In this document: positions 57,676 to 64,000 of the stretch, in pieces
Layout of the letters: each line of letters starts with the position of its first letter
Position numbering within the stretch: the first letter of the stretch is position 1
DNA from: a virus
DNA length: 64,000 nucleotides
Reading direction: 5' to 3' (one strand)
Virus record (IMG/VR): IMGVR_UViG_3300042691_013609
Span: 1-64,000 of that record
Program-made: the position numbers and the translations under genes
Notes under the pieces: generated by a model
Databases searched by the model: none
What the model was told of the DNA's origin: nothing
Seen by the model: only the letters and a program-made list of their open reading frames with translations

Positions 57676-57885
57676 TTAATAAGATACTATTATTTCATCT
57701 GAGTCTAAGTACATTTCATATGGAGCATTGGCGTATGCCTTATCAATCATATCTTGTATGTCTTTGTCAGCGTCTATGTAAGGTACAATATCATTGTCGT
57801 TAAGGTTATTAGGTACTTCTACGATAAGTTCTATCTCCTTAAAGAACTTTACTATACCTGTCAATTTGATTTGTCTTGTTTCCAT
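57676..57885 (-). CDS. small acidic early protein
   Basis: 69 aa with A-rich leader. Confidence 0.65.
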   Translation of the reverse strand: METRQIKLTGIVKFFKEIELIVEVPNNLNDNDIVPYIDADKDIQDMIDKAYANAPYEMYLDSDEIIVSY

Positions 57886-57891
57886 TTTAAT

Positions 57892-58167
57892 TTAATTTTC
57901 TTTTGTGTATAAAACATAAGATACAAATACCCCAGACAATGATAAGTCATTGTTTAAGTCATCCATAAAGTCAGATATCCTTTCGACTGATATATAATCC
58001 TCATTGATATCGCTAAACTCTCTTTGAATCATATCCTTAACATACCATTGACCAGACCCTTCGTAGTCGGGCGGTGATGTGAAGACACTATTCTCCAACT
58101 TTTCGCATACCTTACGTGCGTTATGGTAGAATACCCTTATTAATACTATAAATATTTCGTGTTTCAT
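57892..58167 (-). CDS. early-region hypothetical protein
   Basis: Start moved to MKHEIF (A-rich leader, removes overlap). Confidence 0.65.
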   Translation of the reverse strand: MKHEIFIVLIRVFYHNARKVCEKLENSVFTSPPDYEGSGQWYVKDMIQREFSDINEDYISVERISDFMDDLNNDLSLSGVFVSYVLYTKEN

Positions 58168-58178
58168 TTTAATTTGTT

Positions 58179-58652
58179 TTACCAAGATGCTAAATAAGTA
58201 TAGCCAACCCATACATCATCGTCTTCGTCAATGTCATCAATCTCATTCTGCAATATATCTATTGTGAACTCTACATCTTTAATATAAAATTCATCAACCT
58301 CTTGACCGCCAAAAAAGAAACCAGCGACAGGTGGCATCAACTCCTCAGCACACGCATAGTTTGCGTCACGTATCGCGATAAGCATATCAAGTATGTTTGT
58401 CAAGTCTTCCTTTGTAAGTCGTACCTCTTGGCAATTGTCTACTTGATTTGCAAAGTTCTCAATTATATATCCGTGTAGTGCGTTGAACTTTCTCCAATAG
58501 GCTACCTCTTCTTTGATGTAGGCTACTCTTTCTGGTTTAATCTTTGTGGCATGACCACCTCTTTTTACATCAACATCAAATCTCTCTTCTTTAGAAGAGA
58601 ACGACCAATTCTTTACGTAAGTTTGTTTGTATAAATACATATCAAGTCCCAT
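58179..58652 (-). CDS. conserved phage protein (MGLD...YWRK.N..H family)
   Basis: MGLDMYL, AYWRKFNALHG, DNCQE, GFFFG, Y.ASW. Confidence 0.8.
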   Translation of the reverse strand: MGLDMYLYKQTYVKNWSFSSKEERFDVDVKRGGHATKIKPERVAYIKEEVAYWRKFNALHGYIIENFANQVDNCQEVRLTKEDLTNILDMLIAIRDANYACAEELMPPVAGFFFGGQEVDEFYIKDVEFTIDILQNEIDDIDEDDDVWVGYTYLASW

Positions 58653-58654
58653 AA

Positions 58655-58855
58655 TTATTTATTTAATAAGTTAATATAATTGTTTGCCTCCTCTTGAGAC
58701 CTAAACTGACCTATGCTTTCAACTATCTTCTCGTTGTAAACCTCGACCAACTCGTACCAAAAGTGATTGTACCTTGAATGAATAATTCTGTACTCTCCTT
58801 GTTTGTTTGTCTTTACTGCTTCCATATCATACAAATAATTGTTCACAATATTCAT
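58655..58855 (-). CDS. small early protein
   Basis: Probable true start 58825 (MEAVKTNKQGEYR). Confidence 0.6.
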   Translation of the reverse strand: MNIVNNYLYDMEAVKTNKQGEYRIIHSRYNHFWYELVEVYNEKIVESIGQFRSQEEANNYINLLNK

Positions 58856-59024
58856 CGAACTCTTGTTCGGTACAGCAGGACAGGTACTCTTTCTCTTCGG
58901 TTGCTTCAGAACTTGTATTCCAATTTGTTATCTCCAAATCAGTAAGCCTTATAACGGCTGTGTAGTTATTCCAAATCTCTTGGAAGAATTGAAACTTGTT
59001 TGTCTCTCTAATTAAGTGTGTCAT
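58827..59024 (-). CDS. small acidic early protein
   Basis: 65 aa, downstream of the promoter at 59070-59100. Confidence 0.6.
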   Translation of the reverse strand: MTHLIRETNKFQFFQEIWNNYTAVIRLTDLEITNWNTSSEATEEKEYLSCCTEQEFDEYCEQLFV

Positions 59025-59069
59025 AATAAATATTTAATCGTTAAAGAATTCGCTCTCATTTATGAGCCA

Positions 59070-59100
59070 CAAAGATAATATAACTAAAGCAATTAACAAA
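59070..59100 (-). promoter_or_regulatory. Bacteroidota promoter (-33 TTTG, 19-nt spacer, -7 TATCTTTG)
   Basis: TTTG at 59100-59097 and TATCTTTG at 59077-59070. Confidence 0.75.
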
Positions 59101-59124
59101 ATAATCATTGGAATATTTTTAGTT

Positions 59125-59367
59125 TCAAGGAATAAGTAACTCATCAATGTGACCAACCACGTTACATTCTAAATCAAATACTGCATTCATAACAGATGAA
59201 TCTGTGTACCATCGCTTAACGAACCTAACTAAGTCACTATGGGATACCCTCTCTTGGGTAGTGAATGAAGCAAAGTCATCTGCTAACTTTTCATTGTCTC
59301 TATCTAAAAAGTGTTTCAATACATCGGATGAGAAGTAATAAGTCTCTGAAAATATTTTATGTGCCAT
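59125..59367 (-). CDS. hypothetical protein
   Basis: 80-aa ORF. Confidence 0.65.
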   Translation of the reverse strand: MAHKIFSETYYFSSDVLKHFLDRDNEKLADDFASFTTQERVSHSDLVRFVKRWYTDSSVMNAVFDLECNVVGHIDELLIP

Positions 59368-59368
59368 G

Positions 59369-59458
59369 TTAAATTATTTTATTAGTTAAAAAATATTGTG
59401 CGTTATTGTTTGAGTGTATAACTCTGTACTCGCCTTGCTTGTTTTTTTTCATATCCAT
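59369..59458 (-). pseudogene. truncated copy of the 58655-58855 gene
   Basis: MDMKKNKQGEYRVIHS versus DMEAVKTNKQGEYRIIHS; stops after 29 aa. Confidence 0.55.
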
Positions 59459-59463
59459 TGTAT

Positions 59464-59904
59464 TTAACTAAACATATACTCACCGAAAAGAATGTACTGC
59501 AACAGAACGTCGCAGTCCTCAGCATCAGACTCTTCATGATACACCCTATCGAATGCTAATTGGAATGCATCGCTTGGTTCTTCTTCTAAGAATTTCCACA
59601 AGGCTTTCTCTACTACATCTAAGGTAAGGGGGGTTATTTGCACATCGAAACCTTCTTTGAGTACAAACTTTATATCGCCACCTGCAATAATCATCTCAGC
59701 ATATATACACTCAAGCGTTTGGTCTAATTTTTGTTTCGCCAATCGAGACCTTGCTTCTCTATACTTCTCCTTGTCCCAATCAATATAGAATCCATACGCA
59801 CTAAAGTAATAGATGCCATCTGAAAGAATGGTGGAAATAAAATCTCTATAAGAGATCGTAACTTCCTTACAGATACGGAACGTTCCGTTGTGTGTGTTTG
59901 TCAT
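59464..59904 (-). CDS. acidic early protein, paralog 1
   Basis: G.YYFS.YG...DAEDCDVLLQYILFGE. Confidence 0.75.
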   Translation of the reverse strand: MTNTHNGTFRICKEVTISYRDFISTILSDGIYYFSAYGFYIDWDKEKYREARSRLAKQKLDQTLECIYAEMIIAGGDIKFVLKEGFDVQITPLTLDVVEKALWKFLEEEPSDAFQLAFDRVYHEESDAEDCDVLLQYILFGEYMFS

Positions 59905-59924
59905 TGTGTTTGTTTTTAATTAGG

Positions 59925-60335
59925 TTAACCAAATATAATATCTCCATAAAGAATACATTGCAGTATTACATCACACGTCTCAGCATCGTCCTCCTCTGCT
60001 AAGAGAGTGTCTACTGCATTGGTAAAAGTGGGGTTGACCCCATACAAGTTCTTTAAACCATCTTCAACAGATTGTAGCGTTAGGTCTGCGTTCATCTCAC
60101 CATCACCCTCTATGTCATCAAAATGTAACGTATAACCATCAATAATCATTTGAGTTAATACATCCTCCCATGCTGGGTCTGAAAGTGTAGAACTTTCTTT
60201 TGTAAGTTCATAACCCTTTCGGCTATAGTTTAACTGAATGCCGTATCCGGAAAAGTAATACATACCATTACATAGTAAGTTGCAGATAAATTCTCTGATG
60301 TGAGGGGTCTTATCTATTTGAAGTGTGTTTGTCAT
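59925..60335 (-). CDS. acidic early protein, paralog 2
   Basis: G.YYFS.YG...DAETCDVILQCILYGD. Confidence 0.75.
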   Translation of the reverse strand: MTNTLQIDKTPHIREFICNLLCNGMYYFSGYGIQLNYSRKGYELTKESSTLSDPAWEDVLTQMIIDGYTLHFDDIEGDGEMNADLTLQSVEDGLKNLYGVNPTFTNAVDTLLAEEDDAETCDVILQCILYGDIIFG

Positions 60336-60361
60336 TGTGTTTTATTTATTTGATTAATTAA

Positions 60362-60922
60362 TTACTTAATGAATTCTCTATAAAATTTCGTAAACCTCTG
60401 CACGAATCTATCGTTAGCAAACAAATCAGATAACGTTGGTGCAACGATATTGCAATAATTTCTTTCCTCCTGCACTACTCTGTAAGTTCCGTCTAATACG
60501 ACGTATGTCTCCCCATTATCAGCAGTGTACCTTTTGCCGTGAGCATAGTACTTTATTACTAAAAATGAAGTGTCAGACTTGCCCTTTATTATTATTTTTC
60601 CAAGAATGTTGTCTCTTTCGTAATCCGGAAGACCTTTCCATTCGTCATCTAACCATATGCTTAATTCGATTTGCATTGTTGGCGGCATATCTTGCTTGAG
60701 CAAATTGAAATCTGTTTCAAGTAACTCTACCAATGGTTTAACCATTGACTTATTTATTATCCTTGCCTCCTCTATCTGCGCTTTAGAACGCTGATTGTCG
60801 GCATCTAAAACTGAGATATCGAAAAAGTTGAAAGACTTGTTTGCAAAGTTTCTTTGCTCGTTGAAAGACAAGAACTCTTGTGTAATTGAGTTAATAATTT
60901 CTTGTTGATTCTGTGTTAACAT
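60362..60922 (-). CDS. hypothetical protein
   Basis: 186-aa ORF. Confidence 0.7.
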   Translation of the reverse strand: MLTQNQQEIINSITQEFLSFNEQRNFANKSFNFFDISVLDADNQRSKAQIEEARIINKSMVKPLVELLETDFNLLKQDMPPTMQIELSIWLDDEWKGLPDYERDNILGKIIIKGKSDTSFLVIKYYAHGKRYTADNGETYVVLDGTYRVVQEERNYCNIVAPTLSDLFANDRFVQRFTKFYREFIK

Positions 60923-61045
60923 TTTAATTATATTTAATTGTTTAATAAAATTAATTTTAAGGTACTTGCGGTGCGTTCTGTTGGACTTTCTCCTATCAAG
61001 TGGTACTTGGTATCATATAATAAAAGAAAGTCCATTAGAATCGAT

Positions 61046-61261
61046 TTAAAAAGCCATCTCTCTTTTTGCTTTTTTATCTGCAAGATAAAGTTCTTTATGT
61101 GCTTTAGACCAATAGGCGTGACCCTCAATGGTATCACCCCATATGAAAGCCTCTTCCAATGTCTTCTGATAAATAGATAACTCAGTTAATCCTGGGCGTT
61201 GTTCCAAAGCGTTGGCTATTGCTCTGTGTCTGAGTACGAGTGGGAGTTTTGCAATTGTCAT
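61046..61261 (-). CDS. small early protein
   Basis: AF.W..T.EGH.YW motif. Confidence 0.7.
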   Translation of the reverse strand: MTIAKLPLVLRHRAIANALEQRPGLTELSIYQKTLEEAFIWGDTIEGHAYWSKAHKELYLADKKAKREMAF

Positions 61262-61277
61262 TTTGAAAAAGATTGTA

Positions 61278-61313
61278 GCAGTTACCTCCGAGGTAACTGC
61301 CGTGTTATAAAAT
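61278..61313 (-). repeat. palindromic hairpin element, copy 1
   Basis: GCAGTTACCTC-C-GAGGTAACTGC followed by TGTTATAAAAT; repeated at 62959-62995. Confidence 0.9.
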
Positions 61314-62197
61314 TAGTTTAGTTGTGCAAGTGCTGCGCTGAATGTGTTCTGTACCAATGTATTCACTGAAGAGTAAAGAAGTTTCTCCTCATTCTTATTC
61401 GACTTGTCATGTGTAGCGTACCTTGTGAACCCATTCACAACAGAGAACAAGTTGTCGCCGGTATTACTCATCTCGATAGCCACACTTCTGTTGATTGCAT
61501 CAAGCATTGTCCGTGACTGCGCACTCATGGTCTTGTAATCCTTTGCTGAAAGACCTGTTACTTTCTTAATGAAAGAATCAAGTTCATTACTATCGATCCT
61601 CAATGATGCCATGCGCCCGAAGTCTATAAGGAACTCATTGTTCTTTTCTATGGTGTTGGCAATGTACCCACACAGATTATAAATCTTCATGTGGTTATTA
61701 GTGGTGTTCTTGAATGACATAACTTGTGAGTGGGGCGAAGATGCACCATTACTGCACCAAAGTCTGTACATATACTCTGTAATGGATGTCTTGGTAAGTC
61801 CGTCAAATCCAGTTCTGAATTCAAGTCTACGCTTTATCACATCTCCAACCATAGGTGAACCTTTTATCTCGGTAGTTGGTAGTGCCAATGTGAATGCCAC
61901 CTTCTTGCCACCATGGTATTCTTTAAAGTCCAAAGTTGAAAGATCGATATTCACATCACAACTCATAACAGACTGCACAATACTCTCAAGCATTATCTCA
62001 AGATTCATTGGTGAATATCTGCTGCCGACTACGCCAAGAGCAGCACCGCCTGAGTTCTTATACACACCGAATGCATCAGGGCTATCGAACATCTCGTTGC
62101 CAGTGTGTAGTTGGATAAGTTTAGGTTCAAACAACTTCTCTCTTACTGCTTCGATGTTGTCGAACTCTCTTTCGATTTGATTTAAAATGTTACTCAT
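61313..62197 (-). CDS. DUF932/DUF945-family protein
   Basis: LGVVG.RY, RLWCSNG, NLF.V.NG.T.Y..H. Confidence 0.8.
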   Translation of the reverse strand: MSNILNQIEREFDNIEAVREKLFEPKLIQLHTGNEMFDSPDAFGVYKNSGGAALGVVGSRYSPMNLEIMLESIVQSVMSCDVNIDLSTLDFKEYHGGKKVAFTLALPTTEIKGSPMVGDVIKRRLEFRTGFDGLTKTSITEYMYRLWCSNGASSPHSQVMSFKNTTNNHMKIYNLCGYIANTIEKNNEFLIDFGRMASLRIDSNELDSFIKKVTGLSAKDYKTMSAQSRTMLDAINRSVAIEMSNTGDNLFSVVNGFTRYATHDKSNKNEEKLLYSSVNTLVQNTFSAALAQLN

Positions 62198-62258
62198 TTG
62201 TTTGATGTTTTAGATTTAAGAATAATTGCTACAATAATTAAGATTAAAAGATAGATGT

Positions 62259-62519
62259 TCATGGCGTGTCTTGTATTACGATTGCGTTTGATTTAATCAT
62301 GCCCCACACTTTAGATACTGCTGAGTTCCAATTGGTTCTCAGTTTAGATGCAAGTTCTCTTACCTTGCCGAGATAGTTACGAAACCAAATGATTACCTTC
62401 CACGCCCAAAGCAGATGGAAGATAGACACCATGTCGTTTCCAAACTTATCCTTCTTTCCGTACAATGATATGGTTTCCTTTGCGTAATGCACATCCACCA
62501 TGCTATAAAAGTTTTTCAT
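62259..62519 (-). CDS. hypothetical protein
   Basis: 86-aa ORF. Confidence 0.6.
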   Translation of the reverse strand: MKNFYSMVDVHYAKETISLYGKKDKFGNDMVSIFHLLWAWKVIIWFRNYLGKVRELASKLRTNWNSAVSKVWGMIKSNAIVIQDTP

Positions 62520-62540
62520 GCTAATTGATTTTTAAATTAT

Positions 62541-62591
62541 TGATTATCAGTTCATTCTAAAATTGAGCAGTATAAATAAACTCAGGGTGTT
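62541..62591 (-). repeat. copy 2 of the 38-bp element (inverted relative to 8532-8582)
   Basis: See copy 1. Confidence 0.9.
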
Positions 62592-62686
62592 TATATATAG
62601 TATAATATGTATGCTATACAACATAGTGTATATAATAAAGCAATAGTAATAAAAGCACCCATCTGAATTAAAGATTTGTTTTCCAT
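62591..62686 (-). CDS. small membrane peptide (31 aa)
   Basis: MENKSLIQMGAFITIALLYTLCCIAYILYYI; A-rich leader. Confidence 0.45.
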   Translation of the reverse strand: MENKSLIQMGAFITIALLYTLCCIAYILYYI

Positions 62687-62712
62687 GTTGATTATATTTA
62701 ATGATTAATAAA

Positions 62713-62940
62713 TTAAAATTGCGCTAAGAACTGCTGCTTTGCAGGGATACGTACTCTTTTCTTTTGCGTTTTCCTACCCTTACACGCATTGAAAACCATT
62801 GTGCTGCTATCCCATACTCCATTCAACTCACGTTGTTTCTGTTTAACCAATAGGTTGAATGGTTTCCAATCACTCTCCCATGGTTGTGGGTAGTACCCTA
62901 ATTCGTAGACTGCCATCTCTTCTGCTAATGAAAGTTTCAT
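62713..62940 (-). CDS. small basic early protein
   Basis: 75 aa after a promoter and hairpin. Confidence 0.65.
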   Translation of the reverse strand: MKLSLAEEMAVYELGYYPQPWESDWKPFNLLVKQKQRELNGVWDSSTMVFNACKGRKTQKKRVRIPAKQQFLAQF

Positions 62941-62958
62941 ATCTTGTTTTAGTTTGCG

Positions 62959-62995
62959 GCAGTTACCTCCGAGGTAACTACCCTTGTTATAAAAT
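62959..62995 (-). repeat. palindromic hairpin element, copy 2
   Basis: 21-bp identity with 61278-61298, plus shared TGTTATAAAAT. Confidence 0.9.
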
Positions 62996-63001
62996 GATAT
63001 A

Positions 63002-63009
63002 CAAATATA
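63002..63009 (-). promoter_or_regulatory. Bacteroidota -7 box
   Basis: TATATTTG in an AT-rich gap. Confidence 0.65.
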
Positions 63010-63075
63010 AGTGAATTAATTTAATTAAAAAAGTTCCTATTGATTTATTTTGTAGCCTGCCGGAATAATTTCAGA

Positions 63076-63345
63076 CTACCTATTCCAATTGATTTCACCA
63101 CACTTAATACAGACTATGTTATCTTCCTTTACCATTCTGTACCCAGACTTGCACCACAATGTAATGAGACCTTTTGATTCGGGGTTAAACTTCAACCCAC
63201 CGCCCTTCACATCTTTCCTTACCCCAGTTCTGAACACTCGTGTGACCTGCTCTCCTTTCGCACCACTCTTTGAGTCAGTGCTTCTTTCAAATGTCACCGA
63301 TACAAACCTTCCGTTTGTCTGTTTGATTACTTCTCTTGCTTTCAT
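63076..63345 (-). CDS. small SH3/WYL_2-like phage protein
   Basis: FVSVTF...R...RTGV.K..KGG....P...LI..W....YR; start moved to MKAREV. Confidence 0.6.
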   Translation of the reverse strand: MKAREVIKQTNGRFVSVTFERSTDSKSGAKGEQVTRVFRTGVRKDVKGGGLKFNPESKGLITLWCKSGYRMVKEDNIVCIKCGEINWNR

Positions 63346-63455
63346 ATGTTTAAAATTTGGTGGTTTATCTGCCATCTGCTGCACTTTATTGGCGCAGATG
63401 GACAGACACCCCACAGGTTAAATAATAATTCGTTACAACGTATCTAATGAGGTCA

Positions 63456-64000
63456 TTACAAATCGACCACAAATCCAGACTTGTCTTGCTTCGCCTTACC
63501 CTTGGCAACCAAGCCTATAATGACACCCGATTCGTCCAAGAATCTTGTATCTGATTCGTCACCATCGATTACTTTGTAACCCCAAAAGGTTTCCGGCAAT
63601 CTGTTTCTGAACACTACCGCCACGTTGACCCCATTGGATAACATCTCTTTACAGATGTCATCGTTGTCTTCGCTCCGACTGAACGTGACATGGTAGTTAG
63701 GTACGTTCTTCGATGACCTTGCGAAGTTAGGATTCTTTGTGTAGTCATACCACACTATAGATGGGAACTTCCCATTCATCTTCTTTATGTACGGCATCCA
63801 GTTCAGATCGGACGTACCATTCAATCTGATGGCAAGTTTCTGATGCTTTCTTGAATGCTTTTCTATCTCAGATGTGAGGTTCACCATGAACCCTACCCTA
63901 TCCTTCACATAGTGTAGTGTTCGGTTGACCCTTGTCTGCTGAACGTTTGTAAACTTACCACGACCTGCCGTGTTAAGACACGCAGCCTTGCATCCTGCCG
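63456..64000 (-). CDS. GP88-like protein, 5' end outside the window
   Basis: Frame open to the edge: AGCKAACLNTAGRG...RLNGTSD...YDYTK...TFSRSE...NVAVVF...GD..D.RF.D. Confidence 0.8.
   Translation of the reverse strand, partial: AGCKAACLNTAGRGKFTNVQQTRVNRTLHYVKDRVGFMVNLTSEIEKHSRKHQKLAIRLNGTSDLNWMPYIKKMNGKFPSIVWYDYTKNPNFARSSKNVPNYHVTFSRSEDNDDICKEMLSNGVNVAVVFRNRLPETFWGYKVIDGDESDTRFLDESGVIIGLVAKGKAKQDKSGFVVDL

Noticed and set aside
1-64000. Stop-codon reassignment as in some crAss-like phages
   Set aside because: Long genes are intact and tightly coupled under the standard code, and no suppressor tRNA is seen
1-64000. CRISPR or other spaced repeat arrays, DGR/retron, integrase
   Set aside because: No regularly spaced repeats in any intergenic gap and no RT or recombinase motifs recognised

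Overview
AT-rich 64-kb segment of a tailed dsDNA phage, most likely a Bacteroidota-infecting podovirus with a crAss-like tail block. Host clues: TAnnTTTG -7 promoter boxes, A-rich leaders without Shine-Dalgarno, and a Bacteroidota-type lipoprotein. Two gene blocks converge on a bidirectional terminator at ~39.36-39.40 kb. The + strand block (1-39340) holds the end of a probable fibre gene, a spanin-like pair, a very Cys-rich 1727-aa protein, a small host-promoter moron (lipoprotein + metallophosphoesterase), ring/IHF-like/tail-tube/tail-stabilisation genes, four probable internal virion proteins sharing an xxxGG motif, and a 4934-aa polyvalent (ejected) protein. The - strand block (39400-64000) holds an SleB-like hydrolase, family A DNA polymerase, SSB-like genes, DnaB-like helicase, mgsA, thyX, two HNH endonucleases, a tRNA(CAT) with three structured non-coding islands, primase and many small early genes. 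No terminase, portal, capsid, integrase, RT or CRISPR array was recognised in the window. Most notable: small genes nested in the +1 frame of the giant protein (MPFKSKAQQR...), a repeated V(N/S)KSS motif at its domain junctions, candidate ornate ncRNAs next to the tRNA, and a 38-bp element present twice in inverted orientation 54 kb apart. All family assignments come from motif recognition by eye; no searches were run.
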